64,000 bases of DNA from Patescibacteria group bacterium UBA4787 (GTDB lineage: Bacteria; Patescibacteriota; Patescibacteriia; UBA2591; UBA4787): assembly GCA_002402995.1 (NCBI GenBank), contig DHGX01000001.1:12850-76849 (forward strand), given 5' to 3'. A program made the translations under genes and the position numbers. Positions 20,196 to 30,232 of the stretch are shown piece by piece. The number at the start of each line of letters is the position of its first letter. Position 1 is the stretch's first letter. Below the pieces are notes generated by a model. The model ran no database searches, was not told the origin of the DNA, and saw only the letters and a list, made by a program, of their open reading frames with translations.

Positions 20196-20539
20196 TCTAA
20201 TTCAAAAACAAGCAGCCCACATTTCTTTATTTTTTCTTTATAGGCGGGAAAACTGTTATACATAGCCCTGAGCTCTTTTTCTGTTTTTAGCTCTGGATTA
20301 ATTTGGCTTGGCTTATAATGTTTAAGCAGCGCTCCGATTGTCGGGAATAGTTGAACCCTTTTAACCAGTTTATCGAATTTTTGTTTTTCGCATATTAATA
20401 CTACGCGATCTCCGGGCTTCATTGTTTTGTATCTTTTCGTAGCGGCGCGCGTTTCAAATTTTTTGCGATTGGTTTTTATCGCGTCGAAAATATCTTTGTT
20501 GATTTTACGAAACCTCAAAATGAATACTTTATTTTCCAT
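20192..20539 (-). CDS. ASCH/PUA domain protein
   Basis: FDAIKTNRKKFETR...MKPGDRVVL; start MENKV at 20539. Confidence 0.75.
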   Translation of the reverse strand: MENKVFILRFRKINKDIFDAIKTNRKKFETRAATKRYKTMKPGDRVVLICEKQKFDKLVKRVQLFPTIGALLKHYKPSQINPELKTEKELRAMYNSFPAYKEKIKKCGLLVFELE

Positions 20540-20999
20540 GGCATTTTTTAAATACTTTTCCGCTACGGCAAAAACATAAAGACCAATCCATTGGTTCGGT
20601 GAAACGCAAATAAAAACCGAATGGGTCGACAAGACGAAAATCTTTTTTGCCCCAACGCTTGAGCTCTAATTTTTGCGTTAAAGATTTTTTTATCGAAGGA
20701 AGTACTTTTCTATAATATTTTTCTATATTATTAATCGGGATAGTTATTTCTACTTCATATCCTCGTTTAGTTTCCTTCGGAAAATGTTTAAAAAAACTTT
20801 GTTTATACACGCGTCTGTCGCCTCCATAAAAATTTATTTTTGTGCCTTGTCTCTGCATCACCAAATATCCCAAGCGCTTTTTGATTGGTTCTTCCAATAT
20901 AATATTAAATCCGAGCTGCGAATAAAACTTTTTTATTTTTTTAAAATCCGGAACGTGCAGTTCAATAAATAATTTATTTTGTATCTGATCGTTTTTCAT
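20529..20999 (-). CDS. VOC/glyoxalase family protein with C-terminal SEC-C motif
   Basis: LHVPDF...KFYSQLGF, WGKKDFRLVDPFGF and CFCRSGKVFKKCHGK. Confidence 0.8.
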   Translation of the reverse strand: MKNDQIQNKLFIELHVPDFKKIKKFYSQLGFNIILEEPIKKRLGYLVMQRQGTKINFYGGDRRVYKQSFFKHFPKETKRGYEVEITIPINNIEKYYRKVLPSIKKSLTQKLELKRWGKKDFRLVDPFGFYLRFTEPMDWSLCFCRSGKVFKKCHGK

Positions 21000-21012
21000 A
21001 ATTATGACCAGT

Positions 21013-21615
21013 TTAACGCTGTATTTTCGTCGGTATTAATTCCCAAAAACCGCTAGCGTTTTTTACGCCGTGGAACTTCATTGCCTCATATAATTTTTTG
21101 ATACTTACTATTTTCCACTTAGGAGATAGGCGAGACGGGTCTATCAAACGTATTTTGCCTTGTTTCAAATAAACTTTGTCTATTACGCAAACATGACCGC
21201 CATGAATTTTCCCGCCATCTAAAATTTTAACTTCGTAACACGCAAGCGTGTCCTTGTCTTTCTTCTCGATTTCTTGAAGATAATTTTTAAAATCAACGAA
21301 ATTCCCAAATTGATCAATTAATTTAAATTCTAACCTTAAAGGAATATGTAATTTTTTAAAGGCATTATTCGGCGCGTACTTTTTCTGATTAATTTTCGTT
21401 CCCCAGCCTGCCGAAGATTTTTTGCCGGTTCGGCCGTGCCAAAAATGACGCAGATCTTTCTTGGGAACCGTTAAGCCCAGATAGTGGCCGATTAATTCCG
21501 CGGACACCAACGGAATGCCGCGGCGGTACATCACCATCTGAATACAAGTCGGCGCGCAACACCACATTTGTTGGGTAAAAGGAATATATCTTGAATCTTT
21601 TGGTATAATATTCAT
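21013..21615 (-). CDS. Papain-like peptidase C39-related protein
   Basis: QQMWCCAPTC...GGHVCVI...LIDP catalytic pattern. Confidence 0.65.
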   Translation of the reverse strand: MNIIPKDSRYIPFTQQMWCCAPTCIQMVMYRRGIPLVSAELIGHYLGLTVPKKDLRHFWHGRTGKKSSAGWGTKINQKKYAPNNAFKKLHIPLRLEFKLIDQFGNFVDFKNYLQEIEKKDKDTLACYEVKILDGGKIHGGHVCVIDKVYLKQGKIRLIDPSRLSPKWKIVSIKKLYEAMKFHGVKNASGFWELIPTKIQR

Positions 21616-21679
21616 AAAATTTTATAGTTTTCCACAGACACTATTGACAAAAACACTTAAAACGATACATTTAGATTAG

Positions 21680-21785
21680 ATAAAGGAATTGGTGAAAAAG
21701 CCGATTCCGACCATGGTCGCGAGCCATGGACCAAGCCTCCCTAAACGAGGCAGAGCCCCCTAAAATACCTGGGGGCTCTTTTTAT
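21680..21785 (+). ncRNA. Candidate structured small RNA (3 hairpins plus terminator)
   Basis: Promoter TTGACA(21644)-TACATT(21666), four consecutive stems and a U-tract. Confidence 0.5.
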
Positions 21786-21931
21786 ATTTCCTTGGGAATT
21801 TCAATATTTATCCAAATATCGTCCTGTTCACACCAATAAACAGTTCTGTCATACTCTTTTTCATTTCTGGAATCATGACTAATATCTTGGTTTTTTATAG
21901 TCATTTCTTTATTGCATTTTGGACATTTCAT
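21782..21931 (-). CDS. Small Zn-ribbon-like protein (49 aa, not in ORF track)
   Basis: MKCPKCNKEMTIKNQDISHDSRNEKEYDRTVYWCEQDDIWINIEIPKEI, directly after secA. Confidence 0.6.
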   Translation of the reverse strand: MKCPKCNKEMTIKNQDISHDSRNEKEYDRTVYWCEQDDIWINIEIPKEI

Positions 21932-21947
21932 AATGTTATATTTATTA

Positions 21948-24794
21948 TCATTTTCCATGACAATGTTTGTACTTCATCGACCGTCCGTCCGGATGTTTCG
22001 CTCCGCAAGGACATGGATCGTTGCGACCGACTTTTGCCGATTTTCCTCCCGCCTTGACGGGGCTAGAAAATCGAGCATCCGCCGACTTGTCCGCCGTAGC
22101 CCGTAGGGCGGAGGCGGGAGTCCATTGGTTAAAGGACGAAGGCGGATTACTACCCTTTTTGCTGGGCCCGGATAAAATAATTTCTTTTGGTTTTTCTTCT
22201 GTCTGGAGTATATTGCCGGTTAAACCAACCTTGAAAATTCCATAGACGATTTCTCGGTCAATTTCTTGGAGCAAATGATTATATTTTTGAAACGCCTCTC
22301 TCTTATATTCAACCAAAGGATCGTGTTGGCCGTAAGCCCGTAAACCGATGCCTGCCTTAAGGTTTTCTATGGTTTCCAGATAATCAATCCAATAATTATC
22401 AATACTGCGTAACATTATGGAACGCTCAATGCCTGCCAAAAATATTTCTCCGTCAACTTTCAAATTTTGCGCTCCATAACCAATAAGATATTTTTCAATT
22501 TTCTCGTAATTCAATTTTGCTTTCTCGGTCAAATATTTTATTAAACGGTCACGAGCATAGACATCAGCTACGCGATCTCCGGCTTGCTCACGCAAGTCTT
22601 CCAATTCGTTTGCTAAATTTAAGTCTTTGCCAAATATGCTGATAGCCACTTCGGCAATTTCCCTTAAATTCCAATTTTCTTGAGCGTCTCCCACGGTATG
22701 GAAGGCTACAATGCGCGAAAATTCTTCTTGGGTAAGTTTTAAAATTGTATCTTTCAATAACCCGTGATCCATGACGAGAATTTGTCGCCGATGATTATAA
22801 ATCGCTTCGCGCTGTTTATTTAGGACATCATCATATTCGAGCAAATGTTTTCTTAAATCGAAGTTATAACCTTCAACTTTATTCTGCGCCGCCTCAACCG
22901 TCTTAGAAATTAACGGATTTTCCAGCGGCACATCTTCGGGCAAAGAAAAACGTTCCATCATCGCCTTCATCCTGTCGCCGCCGAAGATCCTCATTAGATC
23001 ATCTTCTGTAGAAATAAAAAATTGGCTTATACCTGGATCGCCCTGACGTCCAGAACGACCCCTTAATTGATTATCAATACGTCTTGATTCGTGCCTCTCT
23101 GTGCCGATTACTAACAAACCACCTAATTCACAAACCAGCTTCTGTTCTTTGGCGTCAGGTGGATTGCCTCCTAAAATAATATCCACACCTCGACCGGCCA
23201 TATTGGTTGCCAGAGTAACCGAACCTCGTCGACCGGCTTGTGCGATAATTTCCGCTTCACGCTCATGATTTTTAGCGTTTAGAATTTCGTGTTTGACTCC
23301 ATAATGATTCAAGAGGGCGGACAATGCTTCATTTTTTTGAATGGAAATTGTGCCAACCAAAACTGGCTGGCCATTTTCTTGTCTGGTTTTTAATTCTTTA
23401 ACCACTGCTTCCATTTTAGCTTTTTCTGTCTTAAAAATCTTATCCGACAAATCTTGTCTAATCATTTTATTGTTTGTCGGGATGATAATTACCTCTAAAT
23501 TATAAATTTTGTAGAACTCTTCTGCTTCGGTTGCCGCCGTGCCGGTCATGCCGGATAATTTTTGATAAAGCCGAAAATAATTTTGAAAAGTAATGGTGGC
23601 CAAGGTGCGCGACTCTTGTTGAACTTCCACTTCGCTATGCCCCCCGGTGTGAGACTTGGCTTCAATCGCTTGATGCAAACCTTCGGAATATCGCCGACCA
23701 TGCATTTTTCTTCCTGTAAATTCATCAATAATTACCACCTCTCCGCGTTCAATAATATAATCGCGATCTTCTTTGAAAAGTGTTTCCGCGCGCAAGGCGG
23801 CATCAACATGATGAACCAAACTAAAATTGCTGGCCGACCAAGGATCTATGCCCAGCCATTCAATCAATTTTTCCTGACCAGATTCTAATAACGCTACGGA
23901 CCGCATTTTTTCGTCTATATTATAGTCTTGATCGTTTAATTTTTTCACCAAACGAGCGAGCTGATAGTAAGTATCAGCCGAGTCTTCGGATGGCGCTGAA
24001 ATAATTAAAGGCGTTCTTGCTTCATCAATTAAGATACTATCGATTTCGTCAATGATCGCATAATGGAGCGAACGCTGTACCCGTTCTTTATGGCTATAAA
24101 CCATATTGTCCCTTAAATAATCAAAGCCAAACTCATTGTTCGTGCCATATGTAATATCAGCCAGATAAGCTTCTTTCCGACTAACCGGCCTTAAACGATC
24201 CTCTCTAACCATGAAAACGTTAACGGAGTTTTCTATAAATAAATCTTTCTTTTCTTGGTTTAATTCATTGGTAGAATTTTCTTTTGGGGCTTGATAATCG
24301 GGATCAAAGATAAAGGCCTCGTCGTGCTGGATACAGCTAACAGAAAGCCCCAAGGCGTGATAAATTTGCCCCATCCAAACAGCATCGCGTCGCGCCAAAT
24401 AATCGTTCACAGTAATAATATGAACGCCTTTGCCGGACAAAGCATTTAAATAAGCGGGTAAAGTAGCAGCTAAAGTTTTTCCCTCTCCTGTTCTCATCTC
24501 GGCGATCGTTCCGCGATGCAAAACAACGCCACCAATAAGTTGGACATTGAAATGTCTTTGACCAATAGTACGCTTTGCTGCTTCTCGCACCAATGCAAAA
24601 GCTTCTGGCAGTAAATCTTCCAAATTTTTTGTTTCTTGTGATTTTTGTTTTAACCGAATCGATTCTTGTCTAAGCTGTTCTGGGGATAAACCCTGATATT
24701 GTTGTTCTAGACTATTTATTTTTTCAACAGTTGGCAAAATCTTTTTTATTGTTCTCTCGTTCGGGTCACCAAATATTTTTAAAAAATTTGACAT
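21948..24794 (-). CDS. secA: Preprotein translocase ATPase SecA
   Basis: MRTGEGKT, VNDYLA, DEIDSILIDEARTPL, ATNMAGRG, RRIDNQLRGRSGRQGDPG and GRNDPCPCG. Confidence 0.98.
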   Translation of the reverse strand: MSNFLKIFGDPNERTIKKILPTVEKINSLEQQYQGLSPEQLRQESIRLKQKSQETKNLEDLLPEAFALVREAAKRTIGQRHFNVQLIGGVVLHRGTIAEMRTGEGKTLAATLPAYLNALSGKGVHIITVNDYLARRDAVWMGQIYHALGLSVSCIQHDEAFIFDPDYQAPKENSTNELNQEKKDLFIENSVNVFMVREDRLRPVSRKEAYLADITYGTNNEFGFDYLRDNMVYSHKERVQRSLHYAIIDEIDSILIDEARTPLIISAPSEDSADTYYQLARLVKKLNDQDYNIDEKMRSVALLESGQEKLIEWLGIDPWSASNFSLVHHVDAALRAETLFKEDRDYIIERGEVVIIDEFTGRKMHGRRYSEGLHQAIEAKSHTGGHSEVEVQQESRTLATITFQNYFRLYQKLSGMTGTAATEAEEFYKIYNLEVIIIPTNNKMIRQDLSDKIFKTEKAKMEAVVKELKTRQENGQPVLVGTISIQKNEALSALLNHYGVKHEILNAKNHEREAEIIAQAGRRGSVTLATNMAGRGVDIILGGNPPDAKEQKLVCELGGLLVIGTERHESRRIDNQLRGRSGRQGDPGISQFFISTEDDLMRIFGGDRMKAMMERFSLPEDVPLENPLISKTVEAAQNKVEGYNFDLRKHLLEYDDVLNKQREAIYNHRRQILVMDHGLLKDTILKLTQEEFSRIVAFHTVGDAQENWNLREIAEVAISIFGKDLNLANELEDLREQAGDRVADVYARDRLIKYLTEKAKLNYEKIEKYLIGYGAQNLKVDGEIFLAGIERSIMLRSIDNYWIDYLETIENLKAGIGLRAYGQHDPLVEYKREAFQKYNHLLQEIDREIVYGIFKVGLTGNILQTEEKPKEIILSGPSKKGSNPPSSFNQWTPASALRATADKSADARFSSPVKAGGKSAKVGRNDPCPCGAKHPDGRSMKYKHCHGK

Positions 24795-24807
24795 TCTATA
24801 AATTTAT

Positions 24808-25164
24808 TTAAAATTCTATCCCTGCTTCTTTTTTTCGACGGATCATTTGTCTTGTTTTTTTTCTTTTCTCCTCTTTCCAATCTTTGAGCTCCCTCAATTG
24901 CCTGCGTAGTTTGGTTGTTATGCGATCAACTGCCTCGCTCAAGGTTCCGGCTCTTATGCTGGCATAAAGATCTTTCTTGGGCAAACGCAAAAAAGCTTCT
25001 AATCTAACAATCTCTTTTTTATTGTGTGCTGGATTAAAACTTAAATCTAGTTTAGCGAGAAAAATTTTAGCATTATATTTTTTTAAACGGTTAACGCGCT
25101 CTATAATTTTGGCTTTTACTTTTGTGTCTAGTTCAATGTTTTGAAGAAAAAATTCAATGTTCAT
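24808..25164 (-). CDS. hpf: Ribosome hibernation promoting factor (RaiA/HPF)
   Basis: HPF-like pattern ending AVDRITTKLRRQL; conserved position upstream of secA. Confidence 0.8.
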   Translation of the reverse strand: MNIEFFLQNIELDTKVKAKIIERVNRLKKYNAKIFLAKLDLSFNPAHNKKEIVRLEAFLRLPKKDLYASIRAGTLSEAVDRITTKLRRQLRELKDWKEEKRKKTRQMIRRKKEAGIEF

Positions 25165-25211
25165 ATATATATTTGGTTATTTAATTTTTGATCTTATTTT
25201 TGGATTTTAAA

Positions 25212-26795
25212 TTAGATTAACGGCGTGCCGGTCATTTTCTGTGGTTGTTTAATGCCTATAATTTTTAGAATGGTTGGGGCGATATCAGCTAAAACTCCAA
25301 CGGGCGGCATCAGACTCAAATCAACCTGCGCGCTGTTTCCGCCCTGTATTATTTCATAATCATGACTAACGATTATCAAGGGAACTGGATTATTAGAATG
25401 TTCTTTGTCAATCTCCCCGTTTCTTAAATTAACTAATTCTTCAGCGTTTCCATGATCAGCTGTTATTATTATATTGCCACTTTTTTCTAAAATCGCCAAA
25501 ACGATTTCTCCTAATAATTTATCGACTATTTCTGCGGCTTTAATGGTGGCCTGCAAATTACCCGTGTGCCCGACCATATCTAAATTGGCAAAATTAAGGA
25601 CGATAAAATTATACTTATTAGAAGAAATTGCTTCAATTACTTTTTGTGTCACAATCGGCGCGGACATTTCTGGTTTCTGGTCGTAACTGGCGATGCGGGG
25701 TGAAGGAACCAAAATCCAATCTTCTTTTTCGAACGGCTTCTCTGATCCACCGTTCATAAAATAAGTAACGTGCGCGTATTTTTCTGTTTCCGCGATGTGA
25801 AGCTGCTTGAGGCCTGCCTCGCTGATTACCCTTGCTAGCGGCATAATAATTCTTTCTGGCGGAGAAATAATTTCTACAGGCAGTCCTTCTTCATATTCTG
25901 TCATCGTAGCGAAAAATAAGTTTTTTATTCTTGAACCACGGTCAAATTCAGAAAAATTATTCAGCACGAAAGCTCTAGTGAGTTCGCGCGCGCGATCGGG
26001 GCGGAAATTAAAATAAATTATTGCATCGTTCTCTTGAACCGTCGACAGAGGCAAATCGTCGGCGCCCGAAATAATGGTTGGCTCAAATTCTTCATCAAAA
26101 ATATTGTTTTGATATGAAGCTTTGATCGCCTCTAGCGGATTTTTGGAAAGCTTGCCTTTGCCTATCGTCATTAAACGATAAACTTTTTCAATCCTTTCCC
26201 AATGATTATCCCGATCCATCGCGTAATAACGCCCCGAGAGGCTAGCTATTTTTCCACACTTATAAGATTTTAACTTTTCTTCCAACTCGGCGATAAAAAC
26301 TTTGGCGGAATCTCTAGGTGCGTCACGACCGTCTAAAAAAGCATGGATAAAAATTCTATTAAATTTATGTTGGCTGGCACAATCTATTAAAGAAAAAAGA
26401 TGGTCCGAAGAAGAATGGACATTACCTCGGGAAACTAAACCTATTAAATGAAGATTAGATTTATTTTCTTCGGCGTGTTTGATGGCCTTTAAGATAACTT
26501 CATTTTTTAAAAACTCTCCACTGACAATTAAACGGTTAATTCTAGGTAGGTCCTGGTAAATGATTTTACCAGCGCCGATATTCAAATGTCCAACTTCGGA
26601 ATTACCCATTACGCCCCACGGCAAACCAACCGCCTCGCCTGAGGCCTGAAGAGTAAACGTCGGACAACTGGCCGTCAATTTATTGAAAAACGGGGTTTTT
26701 GCCAAAGTAATGGCATTGCCCTGGCTCGGCGGAGCAACACCCCAGCCATCCAATATAATCAAAGCTGTCAGTCCTTTTGTTTGCTTTTCGACCAT
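25212..26795 (-). CDS. gpmI: 2,3-BPG-independent phosphoglycerate mutase, copy 1
   Basis: LDGWG, GNSEVGH, DGRD, GRYYAMDRD, AETEKYAHVT, DMVGHTG and ADHGN. Confidence 0.95.
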   Translation of the reverse strand: MVEKQTKGLTALIILDGWGVAPPSQGNAITLAKTPFFNKLTASCPTFTLQASGEAVGLPWGVMGNSEVGHLNIGAGKIIYQDLPRINRLIVSGEFLKNEVILKAIKHAEENKSNLHLIGLVSRGNVHSSSDHLFSLIDCASQHKFNRIFIHAFLDGRDAPRDSAKVFIAELEEKLKSYKCGKIASLSGRYYAMDRDNHWERIEKVYRLMTIGKGKLSKNPLEAIKASYQNNIFDEEFEPTIISGADDLPLSTVQENDAIIYFNFRPDRARELTRAFVLNNFSEFDRGSRIKNLFFATMTEYEEGLPVEIISPPERIIMPLARVISEAGLKQLHIAETEKYAHVTYFMNGGSEKPFEKEDWILVPSPRIASYDQKPEMSAPIVTQKVIEAISSNKYNFIVLNFANLDMVGHTGNLQATIKAAEIVDKLLGEIVLAILEKSGNIIITADHGNAEELVNLRNGEIDKEHSNNPVPLIIVSHDYEIIQGGNSAQVDLSLMPPVGVLADIAPTILKIIGIKQPQKMTGTPLI

Positions 26796-26806
26796 TATCT
26801 AAATAA

Positions 26807-28423
26807 TTATATAATTAAACTTTTTCCAGTCATTTCTGTCGGCTGCTTAATGCCCATAATTTCCAATACCGTAGGCGCAACATCTCCCAAAACGCCGCCT
26901 TCCCGCAAATGAGCAAATTTATATTTTGGATGAAAAATTATGGCTGGCACCGGATTAATTGAATGCTTGGTGTCAATCTCTCCAGTCTTTAAATTGATCA
27001 TTTCTTCAGCATTTCCGTGATCAGCCGTGATAAAAGCCCAACCGTTCTTGCGCTTTAAAGCTTCCAAAATTTTAGCCAAACATTGGTCAACAACCGTAAT
27101 TCCTTTAACCGCTGCCTCTAAATTTCCAGTGTGACCTAACATATCAGGATTAGCGAAATTAATAACCATAAAATCCGGATCGGCTTTGCGCAAAATTTTT
27201 AAAGCTTCGGCTGTGATTTTGAAAGCGCCCATTTCCGGGACCATATTATAATGTTCAACCGATGGAGATTTAAGCGCGATGCGATTCTCGCCCACCACCG
27301 GGCGATCGTAACCGCCGTTAAAAAAGTAAGTAACGTGCGCGTATTTTTCTGTTTCCGCGATGTAAAATTGGTTCAAACCTTTTAAAACCCAGGGCAGAGT
27401 ATTAATTGGCATTCTGTCTGGATAGGCCGTGTGGATATTGTCTAAATCCGGCCCAAAACTTGTCATAGCCACAAACAACAAATTTTCTAGATATTTTTTT
27501 CGGCGGAAAGAATTCGGATTCATCTTTGTAAAATCTTTTTGCGCGAAAACCTTGGTTAATTCACGCGCGCGATCAGAACGCAAATTCATAAAAATAACCA
27601 CATCGCGATCTTCTACGGTCGCGAGTGGTTTGCTATTTTTATCAACTATGACTGTAGGCTTAACGAACTCGTCGGTTTCGCCGCGATTATAAGCCTGAAC
27701 AATGGCTTCATCTGCTTTTTCCGCGGTCACCTCGCTCCGACCCAAAACAATCGCGTCATAAACTTTCTCGACAACCGGCCAGTTCTTTTTTCGGTCCATT
27801 GCGTAAAATCTTCCGCAAACAGAGGCAATAATAATTTTTTGCTTATCATTAACATGATTATGATTCCGCACCCCGTTAACTTTTCTCTCAAATCTTTTAA
27901 TTAATTTGATGGCGGCGTGTTGCGAAGAATCGCGACCGTCGGTAAACAAGTGAATATAGATATTTTCCACGCCCTCATTTAATAAAAATTTTAACATGGC
28001 CATCCAGTGATCGGGCGAAGAATGGGCGCTGTCATTTTCGGTGATCAATCCCATTAAATGCAATTTTGATTTGTGATATTTGAGATAGTTAATCGCCTCT
28101 AAAAAAATAGGGTTTTTAAAAAAATCTCCATTCTTAATTTCTTCTGTGATCGTCGTATTTTCACTTTCTACTAAGCGACCCGCGCCAATATTTAAATGCC
28201 CGGACTCTGAATTTCCCACTTGCGGATCTGGTAAACCCGCGCAACGACCATGCGCGCAAAGACTTTTAATAGAAGGGTAATTTCTATACAGCCAATTCAT
28301 TGTCTTTGTTTTCGCTAAAGTAACAGCGTTGCCACGATTTGGCGGAGCTATACCCCAGCCGTCTAAGATAACCAGTAAGGCCGGCTCCTTTTTGATTTTT
28401 GATCTCACCAAAGACGAAAACAT
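26807..28423 (-). CDS. gpmI: 2,3-BPG-independent phosphoglycerate mutase, copy 2
   Basis: Same motif set (GNSESGH, DGRD, AETEKYAHVT, DMLGHTG, ADHGN). Confidence 0.92.
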   Translation of the reverse strand: MFSSLVRSKIKKEPALLVILDGWGIAPPNRGNAVTLAKTKTMNWLYRNYPSIKSLCAHGRCAGLPDPQVGNSESGHLNIGAGRLVESENTTITEEIKNGDFFKNPIFLEAINYLKYHKSKLHLMGLITENDSAHSSPDHWMAMLKFLLNEGVENIYIHLFTDGRDSSQHAAIKLIKRFERKVNGVRNHNHVNDKQKIIIASVCGRFYAMDRKKNWPVVEKVYDAIVLGRSEVTAEKADEAIVQAYNRGETDEFVKPTVIVDKNSKPLATVEDRDVVIFMNLRSDRARELTKVFAQKDFTKMNPNSFRRKKYLENLLFVAMTSFGPDLDNIHTAYPDRMPINTLPWVLKGLNQFYIAETEKYAHVTYFFNGGYDRPVVGENRIALKSPSVEHYNMVPEMGAFKITAEALKILRKADPDFMVINFANPDMLGHTGNLEAAVKGITVVDQCLAKILEALKRKNGWAFITADHGNAEEMINLKTGEIDTKHSINPVPAIIFHPKYKFAHLREGGVLGDVAPTVLEIMGIKQPTEMTGKSLII

Positions 28424-28483
28424 AAAAAAAATAATTAAGAATTAAGAATTAAATTTCGCGCTTCAAGATTTGAGATTTAAGAT

Positions 28484-29770
28484 TCAAGATTCGAGTTCTT
28501 TCTCTATTTCCATCAAACGGTTATATTTGGCAACTCGCTCGCCGCGCGATGGCGCGCCAGCCTTGATAAAATCGGCATTTACGGCTACGGCCAAATCTGC
28601 GATAAAAGCGTCTGTTGTCTCTCCTGAACGATGAGAAATAATTATTTTATAATTATTGATTTTGGCTAAATTAATGCAATTAATTGTTTCTGTTAAAGTG
28701 CCAATTTGATTTAATTTGATTAGAATTGTGTTAGCAACACTTTGATCAATTCCTTTTTGTAAATAATTTACATTTGTAGTAAATAAATCATCACCCACTA
28801 AATTTATAGAAGGTGTCGTAGATTTAATAAGGTCGGTAAATTCTTGCCAAGTTTCCCAATCATCGTCGGCGAACGGATCCTCAATGGAAATAATCGGGTA
28901 TTTGGTCAACCATGAACGATAAAGATCTATCATTTCTTTGCTGGTTTTTTGTTTTTGTTCAAATCTATATTGTCCAGTTTTTTTGTCAAAAAATTCCGAG
29001 GCGGCGCAATCTATACCAAAAAATAAATCGTGACCAAGCTGGTAGTCTATCTCTTTGATGGCTTCGCTTAGAATATCCAAAGCCTCTTCGTTGTCCTTTA
29101 AGGCTGGAGCAAAACCGCCTTCGTCACCAACCATTACCGAATAATGATATTTTTTTTGCAAAATATTCTTGAGCGACCAAAAAATCTCATCAGCCATTCT
29201 AATCTTTTCGGCGATTGAAATATTTTCTCTGGACACAACCATCATATATTCTTGAATATCAAGCTTGTTGTCCGCGTGCTTTCCGCCGTTAATCACATTT
29301 AGCATCGGCGAGGGCAGGCGATAATCATTTAATTTTAATTGATAAGTTTCTCTAATATATTGATATAAAGGCTTGTTCAAAGCCGTGGCCGCGGCGCGCG
29401 GCACTGCCAGAGAAACGCTTAAAATCGCGTTCGCGCCGAGTTTACTTTTATTTGGCGTGCCATCTAAATCAATCATGCGCTGATCAATAGCTTGTTGGTC
29501 GCTCGCTTCCATACCAATAATCGCCGGCGCGATAATTTCTTCTACGTTTTGGCAAGCCTTTAAAATACCTTTGCCGTTAAATCGCCTGGAGTCATTGTCT
29601 CTTAATTCTACGGCTTCTCGTTGGCCAGTTGAAGCGCCAGAAGGCACAGAAGCCACACCAAAAACACCGTTTTCTAAAACGACTTTGGCCTCAATGGTCG
29701 GATTGCCGCGTGAATCAAGAATTTCGCGGGAAGTTATATTTTTGATTTTTGGCATATATTTAGCTGACAT
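28484..29770 (-). CDS. eno: Enolase
   Basis: REILDSRGNPT, PSGASTG, GDEGGFAP and SHRSGET; start 29770 or 29755. Confidence 0.97.
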   Translation of the reverse strand: MSAKYMPKIKNITSREILDSRGNPTIEAKVVLENGVFGVASVPSGASTGQREAVELRDNDSRRFNGKGILKACQNVEEIIAPAIIGMEASDQQAIDQRMIDLDGTPNKSKLGANAILSVSLAVPRAAATALNKPLYQYIRETYQLKLNDYRLPSPMLNVINGGKHADNKLDIQEYMMVVSRENISIAEKIRMADEIFWSLKNILQKKYHYSVMVGDEGGFAPALKDNEEALDILSEAIKEIDYQLGHDLFFGIDCAASEFFDKKTGQYRFEQKQKTSKEMIDLYRSWLTKYPIISIEDPFADDDWETWQEFTDLIKSTTPSINLVGDDLFTTNVNYLQKGIDQSVANTILIKLNQIGTLTETINCINLAKINNYKIIISHRSGETTDAFIADLAVAVNADFIKAGAPSRGERVAKYNRLMEIEKELES

Positions 29771-29974
29771 AGATAAATTTATCTTGAGCTTTATTATTTT
29801 ATCAAAATTAACAGCAAGTGGCAATATAGCCGAAACTATTGACGAATCTACGGGAAAAGTATATCATTTATCTAATATTTTTATCTTTGTAACTTGTTCT
29901 TTTAAAAAAATAAATCTGTTGACGAAAGAAATTTATAAAGTTAAAACAAAAAAACCAAAAAAGGAGAATGACCA

Positions 29975-30223
29975 ATGTGGGCCAACGAAAAAGAATTTAA
30001 AAAAATATGCGCGCGCGCCACGAAAATACTAAAAACCCAAACTGCGATAATAAACGCGATGCGAGCCCAGAGCCTGCTGTTCGTCAGGGGACTTAACCTG
30101 CGAGGAGATCTCCAGAGCCCGGATATTAATCCCGCCATTCGCTTGAAGATCAAAAAAGAGCTGAAGAAGATAAAAAAAGAGCTCGCTAGAGCAGAAAAAC
30201 GCCTAGTAAAAGCAACAAAATGA
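29975..30223 (+). CDS. Small basic hypothetical protein (paralog of the next gene)
   Basis: Promoter, AAGGAG SD and terminator; LRGDLQSPDINPAIRLKIKKEL. Confidence 0.65.
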   Translation: MWANEKEFKKICARATKILKTQTAIINAMRAQSLLFVRGLNLRGDLQSPDINPAIRLKIKKELKKIKKELARAEKRLVKATK

Positions 30224-30232
30224 TCTAAGCTC

